A stretch of 64,000 bases of DNA from Patescibacteria group bacterium (lineage in GTDB: Bacteria > Patescibacteriota > JABMPQ01 > JAQVVF01). The notes under the pieces were generated by a model that made no database searches, was not told the origin of the DNA, and was given only the letters and a program-made list of their open reading frames with translations. Position numbers and translations under genes: made by a program. The stretch's first letter is position 1, and the number at the start of each line of letters is the position of its first letter. This document shows, piece after piece, positions 17,071 to 27,227 of this stretch. Location: the NCBI GenBank assembly GCA_041662665.1, contig JBAZSC010000003.1:143115-207114 (forward strand), in the 5' to 3' direction.

Positions 17071-18822
17071 ATGGAAAAACAAAAAGACAAGAAAAATTTG
17101 TTGAAATGTTTATTTTCCGGCTTTATTATCATCGGAGTTGTTGTCATAATATTTGGCAATAATAATTTCAACAGATTAAAACCGAATATGGATTCAGCAT
17201 CAAATGAAATCGACGAACAAAGCAAAAAAGATATTTATAATGTTCTTTGGCAGAAAGACATTTCTAAGTGGCCAGAAGGTCTTCCTCAAGAACTAGATGA
17301 AAAAAAATTATCCTCTATTAGTCCAAAAACATTTGGTGAGGAAGTTTTTACTATGCTTCAAGATGTTAAAACAAAAACAATTCCTTTAGTTCAAAGAAAT
17401 CCAAAAGGTTACGATGAATTATCTAAGCTTTCGGAAAATGGATTTAATACAAGAGCAGCCTATACATTGGGAGGATTAATGGGGCCTGATTATTTTAACG
17501 GATATGACGGGATGAAAAGCATTAATAAATTAGAATTTCCTCGAGATTATGGAATGCATGAAAATTTTCAATTTGGATGGAATTTTATGTCCCTTAATCT
17601 CAAAGATCAAAATGGTAATGATATTGATGTACTCATTAATTATTTTACCAGAGCAATATATCCACCTGACATTGCTAAAAAAATGGGCCTCTCGGAAATT
17701 GATAATCAAGTTGTCGAACAAATTGTAGGTGTAGGGTATTCTGATAGAAATTTGCATTTTCAAGCTGCGAATCCGGTAATTTCAGGGAAAACTGGTTTAG
17801 TTGAATTCGGAAGTCAGCCATATGAAATAAAATTTGGAAATAATGAAGTTAAAAGTATTAACAAAGACTCATTTTTGCCATATACCGTCAAAATATATGA
17901 TCCAGAAACTGACCTTAAAATCGATTTAACGTTTGAACAAACAAAACCAATGTTTTTAGAAGGTGATGAAGGCAAAGACCCAAGTATGTATAATCTTGGT
18001 ACATGGTATTATTCAATCCCAAATCTAAAAGTAAGCGGCACAGTTAATTATGCTGGAGATGATAGGAATGTAGAAGGCAAGGGATGGTTTGATAATCAAT
18101 GGACTGCAGGAGTTATGCCTCCAGGATATCCTGATAATTATTATATTCGTGGACTTTCAAACATAGCAACTGTAGCAAAAAACAAAGTATCTCCGGGATG
18201 GGCTTGGGACTGGACAGAAGTTCAGTTTGACAATAATACCGAGATTACCCTTTCCAAAATGCATTCACCGTACGCACAAGACTTAAAAAATCATGGTGAA
18301 ACTCCCCCAGCAAATACGGAAGCGGAAGCTACTGGCAAATTCATTGACACTGATGGCACAGCAACAGATATCAGCGCTAATGTAACAATTAATAAATGGT
18401 TTAAAAGTCCGAATTCTGGCGCATGGTATCCCGATGGTTGGGAAGTTACAGTATCAGAAAAAAATATGACTTTTACTATGACCCCAACTAGCCCTAATCA
18501 ATTATTCACTACTGCCACAGGAGCCGAATTTCGCGAAGGTGGTGTAAAAGTTACCGGCAAAATGGGCGACACTAAACTTGCTGGCTATGGTTTTGGAGAA
18601 GGAACAGCTTATTCAGGACTAGATTATACTTTTTCTAAACAATTTGAAACTCTAGGGGTTGAAGATAGTCCTCAAAATATTGCATTATTTTCTCCATCAG
18701 TTCCAAGTATATGGCTTTTTGTCCAAAGCATTCTTTTATATCTAGTATCTCTCATTTTAATTGCTTGGCTTCTAATTATAATTATTCATGCGATTTCAAA
18801 AAAATTTCATAAGAGAAATTAA
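17071..18822 (+). CDS. Large membrane-anchored extracytoplasmic protein (hypothetical)
   Basis: 583 aa with N- and C-terminal TM helices and a G/N/T-rich central region. No recognisable domain. Confidence 0.6.
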   Translation: MEKQKDKKNLLKCLFSGFIIIGVVVIIFGNNNFNRLKPNMDSASNEIDEQSKKDIYNVLWQKDISKWPEGLPQELDEKKLSSISPKTFGEEVFTMLQDVKTKTIPLVQRNPKGYDELSKLSENGFNTRAAYTLGGLMGPDYFNGYDGMKSINKLEFPRDYGMHENFQFGWNFMSLNLKDQNGNDIDVLINYFTRAIYPPDIAKKMGLSEIDNQVVEQIVGVGYSDRNLHFQAANPVISGKTGLVEFGSQPYEIKFGNNEVKSINKDSFLPYTVKIYDPETDLKIDLTFEQTKPMFLEGDEGKDPSMYNLGTWYYSIPNLKVSGTVNYAGDDRNVEGKGWFDNQWTAGVMPPGYPDNYYIRGLSNIATVAKNKVSPGWAWDWTEVQFDNNTEITLSKMHSPYAQDLKNHGETPPANTEAEATGKFIDTDGTATDISANVTINKWFKSPNSGAWYPDGWEVTVSEKNMTFTMTPTSPNQLFTTATGAEFREGGVKVTGKMGDTKLAGYGFGEGTAYSGLDYTFSKQFETLGVEDSPQNIALFSPSVPSIWLFVQSILLYLVSLILIAWLLIIIIHAISKKFHKRN

Positions 18823-19035
18823 TAAAAAAATTTTATTGATCTTAGATGATGTTGAAAAATTGGTGTTTTAGTTTTTATTTTGATTTGCCAAAATTATTTT
18901 TATGAAAACAAAAAAGAGCAAAACAATTCAAATCGTTCTTCTTGTTTTGATTATTATCGGAATTATTTTGTTGTGTACTCAAAAATTTTGGGTAGACAAT
19001 TTGGTTGATTTTATTATGCAATATGAAAAAATCTA

Positions 19036-19290
19036 ATGTATTATCTTTATATTTTAGAATGTGCTGACAAGACTTTGTACACTGGGATTGCAACAGATCT
19101 GAAGCGGAGATTGCTTGAACATAATAGTTCTAAGTTAGGGGCGAAATATACGTGTGCAAGGAGGCCCGTTAAGTTAGTTTATTCAAAAAAATTTAAAACT
19201 AGATCAAAGGCTTGTATTGAAGAGGCGAGGATTAAAAAGCTAAAAAAAATTGAAAAAATGGAATTGATTCATAGGGGTTCAATATATTGA
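19036..19290 (+). CDS. GIY-YIG nuclease superfamily protein (YhbQ/UPF0213-like)
   Basis: YYLYILECADKTLYTGIATDLKRRLLEHN...KYT...RPVKLVY. Confidence 0.75.
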   Translation: MYYLYILECADKTLYTGIATDLKRRLLEHNSSKLGAKYTCARRPVKLVYSKKFKTRSKACIEEARIKKLKKIEKMELIHRGSIY

Positions 19291-19342
19291 GCCCCTACTG
19301 TTTTTATATTGAAATATTGAAGATTTGCGCTATAATAGGGTT

Positions 19343-19380
19343 GTTCCGCCTTCGTCTCCTTTCGGGAGACTCCGGCGGAT
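19343..19380. repeat. Palindromic element copy 4, abutting the tRNA-Gln 5' end
   Basis: gttccgccttcgtctcctttcgggagactccggcggat, with inner hairpin gtctcc-tttcg-ggagac. Confidence 0.75.
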
Positions 19381-19385
19381 TGCGA

Positions 19386-19456
19386 TCCGGGATCGTCTAA
19401 TGGTAGGACAACAGGTTCTGGACCTGTTTATCTTGGTTCGAATCCAGGTCCCGGAG
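19386..19456 (+). tRNA. tRNA-Gln (anticodon CTG)
   Basis: Manual fold: acceptor tccggga/tcccgga, D-stem gtct/ggac with a GG loop, anticodon stem acagg/cctgt with loop ttCTGga, T-arm cttgg-TTCGAAT-ccagg, discriminator G. No CCA is encoded. Confidence 0.85.
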
Positions 19457-19475
19457 AAAAATATAATATTATATT

Positions 19476-20858
19476 ATGTTGAAACATCATTTTTTTACGC
19501 CAGAATACATGAATGTTTTTGATTTGGATCAGATCTACATGACGAGCTCAATGTGGTATGACACAAAAATGAAAGATACTTGGGCGACTTTTGATTTGAT
19601 TGTTAGAGATATGCCGAAGAATCGTAATTTTTTGATTTTTGCTGGTTTGGAGGAGATGGCAACTCATTTACAAAATTGGAAATACACAAATGAACAAATT
19701 GCGATGCTTAAAAAAATGGAATTAATTTCTGATACGTTTGCTAAATTTTTGAAAACGGTCAAGTTTGAAGGTGATGTTTATGCAATGCCAGAAGGAAGTA
19801 TTTTTTTTAATAATGAGCCAATAGTTAGAATTACCGCTCCTCTGATTCAAGGAAATTTATTGACGGCTTTTATGATGACTTGCTTGAGTTCTAATACTAT
19901 TTATTCTTCGAAATTTGTAAGATCAGTAATCGCTGCCAAAGATAAAAATGTAATCGGTCCAAGTCCAGTTAGAGCCCATGGATTTGAATCTGCTTTTAAA
20001 GCGCAAAGGAGTGCTTATATTGTTGGTAGTAAGCAAGTACCTTCTCCAGTTGTCCGAAACTTTTTAAACATTCCGATGGGCGATAATGCAACAATTGCTT
20101 ATCATGCTTTTGTCAATTCTTATGAATCTGAACAAGAAGCGATGCAAGTTGCCGCAGATCATGCTAAAGTTGATCTTTCTTTGATGGTTGATACTTATGA
20201 TTATGATAAAGGAATAAAAAATGCAATTGTAATTGGAAAACAGTATGAAAAAATGGGCAAGAGTTTGAAAATTGTTGTAGATAGTGGTGATCTGTATGAA
20301 AACGTAGTGAAGGTTAAGAGAAAGATTGATGAGGCAGGCTTAAAAAATATAAGAATTGTTGTTGCGAGCAATCTAGATGAATACAAAATTACTGACTTGA
20401 TGAAAAAGAAAATTCCAGCGAATACTTTTATTGTTTGTACAGAAGCTTTGACTTCTTCAGATGATCCTAAATTAGAAGTTGTTTATAAAATATCTGAAAT
20501 AATAGAAAAAGATGGTAGGATAATTAATAAAATGAAATTATCGCCAGGCAAAATGAGTTTTCCAGGAAGAAAACAAGTTTATCGTAAATTTAAAAATAGT
20601 CATTTTGAAAAAGATATTATTGGATTAGAAGGCGAAAAAGGATTAGGTGAGCCATTATTAAGACCAATATTTAAAAAGGGAAAATTGGTTTATAATTTGC
20701 CAAGTGTTATAAAGATTAGAGATTATGTTTCCGAACAATTAAAGCAAATGCCAGAGAAATATTTAGAAATAGAAAAAACTTATAAATATCCAGTTGAAAT
20801 TAGTGAAAAATTGCAGAAATTAATTATTGAAACAAAAAAGGAAATACAAGCGAAATAA
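19476..20858 (+). CDS. pncB: Nicotinate phosphoribosyltransferase
   Basis: N-terminal FDLDQIYMTSSMWYD and FAGLEEMATHLQNWKYT, typical of the NAPRTase family. Confidence 0.75.
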   Translation: MLKHHFFTPEYMNVFDLDQIYMTSSMWYDTKMKDTWATFDLIVRDMPKNRNFLIFAGLEEMATHLQNWKYTNEQIAMLKKMELISDTFAKFLKTVKFEGDVYAMPEGSIFFNNEPIVRITAPLIQGNLLTAFMMTCLSSNTIYSSKFVRSVIAAKDKNVIGPSPVRAHGFESAFKAQRSAYIVGSKQVPSPVVRNFLNIPMGDNATIAYHAFVNSYESEQEAMQVAADHAKVDLSLMVDTYDYDKGIKNAIVIGKQYEKMGKSLKIVVDSGDLYENVVKVKRKIDEAGLKNIRIVVASNLDEYKITDLMKKKIPANTFIVCTEALTSSDDPKLEVVYKISEIIEKDGRIINKMKLSPGKMSFPGRKQVYRKFKNSHFEKDIIGLEGEKGLGEPLLRPIFKKGKLVYNLPSVIKIRDYVSEQLKQMPEKYLEIEKTYKYPVEISEKLQKLIIETKKEIQAK

Positions 20859-20985
20859 AATTTAAGGAGGGGTAGGGGTTCAGAATTCTGAACCTTTATT
20901 TTTGTTTTCATTCTTTTTGATTGACAGAAAAATATATTTATGTAATGCTATTTAATCGTTCTTTGCCAACAAGGAGGGAAGGGAA

Positions 20986-22266
20986 GTGGAACAAAGAGAC
21001 AGAGATCTTGTTAAAGCGATGGTCAATGCTTATTTGGATAAGATGAGGGCCGGGTCGGATCCAGCGTGGACTGGCAGAAAGGAAAAGAATGCTTTGCATG
21101 ATGCTTTGTATATTGATGGTGTTCCGATTGTCTATGATGAAAAAAATTCTGCTCAATCATTGTTTAGCCAACTTGTTAGATTCAAAAAGGATAGTTTTGA
21201 TTGTTATCCTCGCGATATGGTTTACCATTTTTTGTACATGTTGGAATATCTGCAGATTTTGGAAGAGGATGGAATTAATGGATTGAATAAGAGGATTGCG
21301 ATTCTTGTTGATCAGTTGAGGACAATGAATCGTGATGATTATGATGGTATTCGTCATATTTGTAGACTTTTGGATAATTTGTTACAGACTGTGATTTATT
21401 TTTGTCCGCATCTGGTCTTTGGAGTGGAGTTGAAATTGAAGTCAGGCAGTGTCATGGATGATGAAGCTTTTGGTAATCTTTATGGCTATGAACATAATCG
21501 ATGGCCATATGAGAAAATGATGGAAATGCAAGGATTTAATCCTAATGATTCTCGAAGATTGCGAATGGTTGTTAATTTGCCATATAGTTTTACGACAGGT
21601 ACTCATGGTTCTGGCGAAAGAGCTGCTGTTGGATCATCGCGAGTACCGATTTGTTTTGGTACTTTGATGTATCGAGAAAGAATTCAGAAAAATGGTTCAG
21701 TACCTTGCGTCAAGATTTCAGTGAAACGACCTTTGTTGTCTGAGGATTATACGGCATTTGCAATTGACGAAGTAGAAAGTGTTCGACTTGTTCCAGAATG
21801 TGATTATATTCCATATTATTCTGATTTTGCTGATCATCCAGAAAAAGAAAAGCTGATTTCAAGAATGAAGCCAGAAGATTATTATCTGATTTTCAGAGAT
21901 TTTAGTAATTACGTTAATTTCAGGAGAGATAATGTTCCTAGTTCTTATGATCTATTGGAGCGAGCGGCATTTTTGGCAGGTTTCTGCGAGCCAAGCTATT
22001 TTTGTCGATTAACTGAATTAGATTATGATAGAAAATCTTTTCAACTCGGTTTCATTTGGGAAGTAGATATTCCAAGCCATAAGCCTCAAGTCTATGAATT
22101 TTGGGATATTGAAAAGCCTGATGACGATACTCATGTGGCATTGGGCATGGTCTATGTTGCAATCAAATCACTTGATCAAGAAGTTATGAAGAAGGTGTGT
22201 GTTCACGAAGGCATTGATATTATTCGAAGATTAATGCAAATTCCTGTTCATGATCGACATTTCTAG
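20986..22266 (+). CDS. Hypothetical protein (GTG start, strong Shine-Dalgarno, GC-richer than neighbours)
   Basis: 426 aa ORF. AAGGAGGG lies 7 nt before GTG 20986. No recognisable domain. Confidence 0.6.
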   Translation: MEQRDRDLVKAMVNAYLDKMRAGSDPAWTGRKEKNALHDALYIDGVPIVYDEKNSAQSLFSQLVRFKKDSFDCYPRDMVYHFLYMLEYLQILEEDGINGLNKRIAILVDQLRTMNRDDYDGIRHICRLLDNLLQTVIYFCPHLVFGVELKLKSGSVMDDEAFGNLYGYEHNRWPYEKMMEMQGFNPNDSRRLRMVVNLPYSFTTGTHGSGERAAVGSSRVPICFGTLMYRERIQKNGSVPCVKISVKRPLLSEDYTAFAIDEVESVRLVPECDYIPYYSDFADHPEKEKLISRMKPEDYYLIFRDFSNYVNFRRDNVPSSYDLLERAAFLAGFCEPSYFCRLTELDYDRKSFQLGFIWEVDIPSHKPQVYEFWDIEKPDDDTHVALGMVYVAIKSLDQEVMKKVCVHEGIDIIRRLMQIPVHDRHF

Positions 22267-22341
22267 TACTTTTAGACACATTATGTGTCTTTTTTTATTC
22301 TCAGTTGATTTTCAGCTTTATTTGGTATAAAATATATTGCT

Positions 22342-23016
22342 ATGAGAATATTAGTTATTGAAGACGATCGCAAGATCGCTAATGCCATAAAAAAGGGTTT
22401 AGAGCAAGAATCATATGCAGTTGATGCTGTTTTTGATACAAAAGATGATAAATTGGGTCTGGCATTGCTAATCAATTATGATTTGATAATTTTGGATCGA
22501 ATGTTGCCTGGTATTTCTGATGGCTTGAATATTTGTCGAAAATTAAGAAAAGAAGGCAAAAAAATGCCGATTTTAATTTTGACTGCAAAAGATAAAATTA
22601 ATGAAAGAGTGGAAGGACTAGATGCTGGTGCAGATGATTATTTAATTAAGCCTTTTGCTTTTGAAGAATTATTAGCAAGAGTGAAAGCATTATTAAGACG
22701 TCCAAATCAAAGCTTGAATCAAATTCTAAGAGCAGGTGATTTGTCATTAGACTTACAAAATTTTAAAGTAATGCGAAAAAATATCGAAATAAAATTGTCG
22801 AGTACTGAATTTAAATTATTAGAATATCTAATTAGAAATAAAGGCAGAATTTTGACGAAAGATAATATAATGGAACATGTGTGGGATTATGATGCTGAGA
22901 TTTTGCCAAATACGGTAGAAGTATTTATTGGTTATTTGCGCAATAAAATTGATAAACCGTTTTCATCTTTAAGTCATCTTCAGACAATTCGAGGTTTCGG
23001 ATATAAAATTGAGTAA
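22342..23016 (+). CDS. OmpR-family two-component response regulator
   Basis: Receiver MRILVIEDD...LDRMLPG and a C-terminal winged helix. Confidence 0.9.
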   Translation: MRILVIEDDRKIANAIKKGLEQESYAVDAVFDTKDDKLGLALLINYDLIILDRMLPGISDGLNICRKLRKEGKKMPILILTAKDKINERVEGLDAGADDYLIKPFAFEELLARVKALLRRPNQSLNQILRAGDLSLDLQNFKVMRKNIEIKLSSTEFKLLEYLIRNKGRILTKDNIMEHVWDYDAEILPNTVEVFIGYLRNKIDKPFSSLSHLQTIRGFGYKIE

Positions 23017-23035
23017 CTTAAAAATTTTAATATTG

Positions 23036-23080
23036 AGATATTCGGATATTACGGATATTAGAAATTAGAAATTAGAAATT
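23036..23080. repeat. ATATTCGGATATTA tandem motif (locus 2 of 3) plus 3x AAATTAG, between the response regulator and kinase genes
   Basis: gatattcggatattacggatattagaaattagaaattagaaatt. Confidence 0.65.
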
Positions 23081-23086
23081 TTCGTC

Positions 23087-24097
23087 ATGACATTTAAATC
23101 TGCTTATCTAAAATTAACGGCATTTTATGTTCTGATTGTAATGATAATCAGTATTTTTTTTAGTGTTGTTTTATATCGGATTTCTTCAAATGAATTGAAT
23201 GAGAGATTGAGACAGCAAATGCAAAACTTTCAAGAATTGCAGTTTTTTGAAGGAAGTATGAATTATATTAATAGTTTTGAATTAATGAGATTGCAGCAGT
23301 TAGCACAAGCAAATCATAATTTAAAATTCTTTTTAATTTATTTTAATTTTTTTATTCTGGCTGTATCTTTTGGTTTGGGATATTTTTTAGCCCAAAGAAC
23401 ATTAAAACCAATCAAACAAATGATGGAATCGCAGAATAGATTTACAGCTGATGCATCTCATGAATTAAGGACTCCTTTAACTGCGATGAAATCTGAAATT
23501 GAAGTTAATTTGCGAGATAATAATTTGAGTTTAGAAAATGCTAAAAAATTATTAAGAAGTAATTTAGAAGAAGTGGAAAAGTTGGAAAATTTATCTAGGT
23601 CATTATTAAAATTGGCAAATTATGAAAGTAATAAAAATTTAATAATTACAAATGTGGCTTTAGAAGATATTATTGCAGAAAGTTATTTACGTGTAGAAAA
23701 ATTGGCAAAAGAAAAGCAGATTACTTTTGAAAATGATTTGAAAAATATAAAAGTTAATGGCAATAGAGATTCTTTGATTCAACTTTTTAAAATTTTATTA
23801 GATAATGCAATTAAATATAGCAAACCAAATTCTAAAATATTTATTTTGATGGATAAAGTAAAAAATGATGCAATTATAAAAGTTCGTGATCAAGGAATGG
23901 GTATTAAGGAAGAAGAATTGAAGCATATTTTTGATCGATTTTATCGAACAGATTTGTCGCGATCAAAAGAAAAAAATAATGGCTATGGATTAGGATTATC
24001 AATTGCGATGCAGATTGTAAAATTACATAATGGAAAAATTAGCGTGGAAAGTCAGATCGAACAAGGATCCGAATTTACTGTTATCTTACCAATCTAA
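23087..24097 (+). CDS. Sensor histidine kinase
   Basis: Two N-terminal TM helices, H-box ADASHELRTPLT, G-box GYGLGLSIA. Confidence 0.88.
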   Translation: MTFKSAYLKLTAFYVLIVMIISIFFSVVLYRISSNELNERLRQQMQNFQELQFFEGSMNYINSFELMRLQQLAQANHNLKFFLIYFNFFILAVSFGLGYFLAQRTLKPIKQMMESQNRFTADASHELRTPLTAMKSEIEVNLRDNNLSLENAKKLLRSNLEEVEKLENLSRSLLKLANYESNKNLIITNVALEDIIAESYLRVEKLAKEKQITFENDLKNIKVNGNRDSLIQLFKILLDNAIKYSKPNSKIFILMDKVKNDAIIKVRDQGMGIKEEELKHIFDRFYRTDLSRSKEKNNGYGLGLSIAMQIVKLHNGKISVESQIEQGSEFTVILPI

Positions 24098-24180
24098 GCT
24101 ATTTTTCAGGAAAATATAATACGAATATATGAATGAATGCAAATGATACGAATTACGAATACAAGAAAAATATTAATTGA

Positions 24181-25980
24181 TTGAAATATTTTATGCAAAA
24201 GATTATTGAATTTTTAAAGAAACGAAAAATGATTGTAGGAGTGGCAATTGTTGTTTTAGCAATCGCAGGTTATTTCAGCATTAAAGCTATAAAAGGCAAT
24301 GCTGCTGGTGTGACAAAATATGTTGTAGCAAAAGTAGAAAAAGGCACTCTAATCACTTCAGTAACTGGTAGCGGTCAAGTTTCTGCTTCTGATCAAGTTG
24401 ATATTAAACCGACATCAGCTAGTGAAGTAACAAGCGTTTCAGTTAAAAAAGGCCAGGAAGTTAAAACTGGCGATTTCTTAGTCCAATTAGATTCTCAAGA
24501 TTCTGCATCTGCAGTTGCTGATGCTGAAGTAAATTTGGAAAATGCAAAATTGGAATTAGAAAAAGCAAATCAACCTTCTGATGAATTATCAATTCTACAG
24601 GCAGAAAATTCTTTGGAGCAAGCTAAACAAAATAGAGAAAATGCATCTTCTGATTTAACAAAAAGCTATACAGATGGAATTGGCAGTGCCAATAAAGTAT
24701 TTTTAGATTTGACAGAAGCAATGCAAGCAATGAATCAAAATAATTTGTTGAATTTTAATTATTATTATGATGTTACGAAATCTTATGATAGTGGTAAAGC
24801 ATTATATTACAAAAATACAGCGCAAAATTCTTATCAAACTGCTTTAAAATTATATAATGAAACTTTGAGCGATTTAGGTACGACAAGCAGATCTTCATCA
24901 GCAGAAGAAATGGAAACATTAATTAATAATTCATATTCAGCTAGTGTTAAAATTGCAGAATCATTAAAAAATTATATTAATTTAATACAGTTCTATAAAA
25001 ATATTTTAAGCTCTCATAATGTTTCAATTGATTCAGCTGTTGATAGGCAATTAACGACTTTTTCTTCTGATGTTACAAAAATCAATAATGGCATTTCAGA
25101 ACTTTCTTTAGCAAAACAAAAATTGCAATCTAGTAAAAATGCAATTATAAATGCAGACTCCCAAGTGCTTGAAAAACAAGCAGCTTTAGATAAAGCAAAA
25201 GAGCCTGTTGATGAAATAGAAATTAAGACAAAACAAAATAATATTAAGCAAAGAGAAAATGCTTTAATTGATGCGCAAAAGAAGTTAGCAGATTGCAATG
25301 TAAAAGCGCCATTCGATGGTATTGTTGCGACAATTGATGCAAAAGTTGGTGATTCTGTATCACAAAATGCATCCTTTATAACATTAATTACAAAAGATAG
25401 AATTGCTGATATCTCTTTGAATGAAGTTGATTCAGTAAAAGTGAAGGCAGATCAAAAAGTAACATTAACTTTTGATGCAATTTCTGATTTAACTTTGACT
25501 GGAAAAATAGCTGAAATTGATTCGATTGCAACGACGACTCAAAATGTTGCTAGTTATAATGCAAAGATAGTTTTTGATACACAGGACGAAAGAATTAAGC
25601 CTGGAATGAGTGTTTCTGCTTCAATAATTACAGATTCAAAAGCTGATGTATTATTAGTGCCAGTTTCAGCTGTTAAAAATTCTTTATATGTTGAAATGCC
25701 TGATGAAGACATTGCTCCAAATGCAACATCACAAAATAGCGGAATTATTTTAAAGAAAGAATTAATACAACAGCAAATTACAATTGGGCTTTCTAATGAC
25801 AGCTATTCTGAAATTACAGATGGTTTGAAAGAGGGCGATATAATTATTACTCGAACAATTGCGCCAACAACTACAAAGGCAACGACGACTACTTCAGGAA
25901 ATAGTTTGTTTCAAATGGGTGGAAATCAGAAAAACATGGGTGGAAATAATTTGAGAAGTTCGCAAATGCAAAGAGACTAA
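24181..25980 (+). CDS. HlyD/MacA-family periplasmic adaptor (membrane fusion protein)
   Basis: N-terminal TM, a long coiled-coil region, and C-terminal beta-barrel-like segments. Lies upstream of the MacB-type ATPase and permease. Confidence 0.7.
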   Translation: MKYFMQKIIEFLKKRKMIVGVAIVVLAIAGYFSIKAIKGNAAGVTKYVVAKVEKGTLITSVTGSGQVSASDQVDIKPTSASEVTSVSVKKGQEVKTGDFLVQLDSQDSASAVADAEVNLENAKLELEKANQPSDELSILQAENSLEQAKQNRENASSDLTKSYTDGIGSANKVFLDLTEAMQAMNQNNLLNFNYYYDVTKSYDSGKALYYKNTAQNSYQTALKLYNETLSDLGTTSRSSSAEEMETLINNSYSASVKIAESLKNYINLIQFYKNILSSHNVSIDSAVDRQLTTFSSDVTKINNGISELSLAKQKLQSSKNAIINADSQVLEKQAALDKAKEPVDEIEIKTKQNNIKQRENALIDAQKKLADCNVKAPFDGIVATIDAKVGDSVSQNASFITLITKDRIADISLNEVDSVKVKADQKVTLTFDAISDLTLTGKIAEIDSIATTTQNVASYNAKIVFDTQDERIKPGMSVSASIITDSKADVLLVPVSAVKNSLYVEMPDEDIAPNATSQNSGIILKKELIQQQITIGLSNDSYSEITDGLKEGDIIITRTIAPTTTKATTTTSGNSLFQMGGNQKNMGGNNLRSSQMQRD

Positions 25981-25982
25981 GT

Positions 25983-26017
25983 TATAAAGTTTTAAAGTTA
26001 TAAAGTTCATAAAGTTG
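25983..26017. repeat. 4x tandem ATAAAGTT
   Basis: gttataaagttttaaagttataaagttcataaagtt, downstream of the HlyD-family gene. Confidence 0.5.
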
Positions 26018-26029
26018 TCTGCTATTTTC

Positions 26030-26058
26030 CAAATAAAAAAAGGCTGGTTAGGGCCTTG
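26030..26058 (-). terminator. Rho-independent terminator for the minus-strand gene 26074..26397
   Basis: On the minus strand, aaggc-cctaacca-gcctt then T8. Confidence 0.65.
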
Positions 26059-26073
26059 GTTGAGAGTGCTGTT

Positions 26074-26397
26074 CTAAAGTTTTAGAAGTGAATACATCTT
26101 TTGGAGCGTCGATTCATCTTGTATGATTTTTGCAATTTCATATTTTGGTACGGAGATTCCTATCTTTTCCGCTGCAAGTTCATTGAGTAGCACAGTGGAT
26201 GTTTTGTCATAATAGAGATGTACCCAATCTCCGTATGTGGTTGTTGGTTCTACAAAATCGTCAATTTTTACGAGAGCGAGAATTCGTTGTTCCTTGCTGA
26301 AAGATGATGAATTGTGAATTTCTACCCATTCAGCGAGAGAAAGATTAAGCCTTCTTAATTCATCAGCAGACAATTTCTGAAGTTCTGTCATTTCCAT
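26074..26397 (-). CDS. Hypothetical protein (GC-richer, strong Shine-Dalgarno) inserted antisense into the efflux locus
   Basis: 107 aa. GAAGGAGGAGG precedes the ATG. Own terminator at 26030-26058. Confidence 0.55.
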   Translation of the reverse strand: MEMTELQKLSADELRRLNLSLAEWVEIHNSSSFSKEQRILALVKIDDFVEPTTTYGDWVHLYYDKTSTVLLNELAAEKIGISVPKYEIAKIIQDESTLQKMYSLLKL

Positions 26398-26465
26398 CTC
26401 TTCTTCCTCCTCCTTCTTCTAGTGCAATAGAATGAGATTCTAGACTAAATAATATAACATAATTT

Positions 26466-27158
26466 ATGATAGAGTGCAAGGGTATTACGAAAATTTACAA
26501 GTCTGGCGAGAATGAATTCAAGGCATTAGACAATGTTTCATTCAAAATTAATGATGGAGAATATGTGGCAATTGTTGGCCCTTCTGGTTCTGGGAAATCA
26601 ACTTTGATGCATATTATCGGTGCTTTGGATACGCCAACATCTGGAGAATATCTATTGGATGATAAGGATGTTTCGAAATTATCTGATGATGAATTGGCAG
26701 AAATTAGGAAAAATAAAATTGGTTTTGTTTTTCAATCTTTTAATTTATTGCCAAGAGCTACTGTATTAAAAAATGTAATTTTGTCATTAATTTATTCTGA
26801 TAAAGATGTGGAAAAGAGAGAGGAAAAAGCCAAGCAAGCATTGTTGCAGGCTGGCATGGATGAAAATCATTTTAATCATCTTTCGAATCAACTTTCTGGT
26901 GGACAAATGCAAAGAGTAGCTATTGCAAGAGCTTTAGTTAATAATCCTTCTTTAATTTTAGCTGATGAGCCAACTGGAAATTTGGATACAAAAACTGGAG
27001 AAATAGTTTTGAAAACTTTTGAAGATTTGAATAGAAAAGAACATCATACGATAATTCTAATTACACACGAACATGATGTGGCGAAACATGCGGATAGGGT
27101 TATTCAGATTAAGGATGGAAAAATTATTAAGGATGATAAAAATATAAAAACTTATTAA
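26466..27158 (+). CDS. MacB/LolD-type ABC transporter ATP-binding protein
   Basis: [35 protein letters not shown]. Confidence 0.88.
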   Translation: MIECKGITKIYKSGENEFKALDNVSFKINDGEYVAIVGPSGSGKSTLMHIIGALDTPTSGEYLLDDKDVSKLSDDELAEIRKNKIGFVFQSFNLLPRATVLKNVILSLIYSDKDVEKREEKAKQALLQAGMDENHFNHLSNQLSGGQMQRVAIARALVNNPSLILADEPTGNLDTKTGEIVLKTFEDLNRKEHHTIILITHEHDVAKHADRVIQIKDGKIIKDDKNIKTY

Positions 27159-27227
27159 CTGTCATTCTGAGGCCGAAGCCGAAGAATCCCATGAATATGC
27201 ATTTAACCAGGATGACGTGGTATTTTT

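Noticed and set aside
19325-19522. A 65-aa ORF on the plus strand
   Set aside because: It overlaps the palindromic element and the whole tRNA-Gln gene. It is an artefact of the ORF track.
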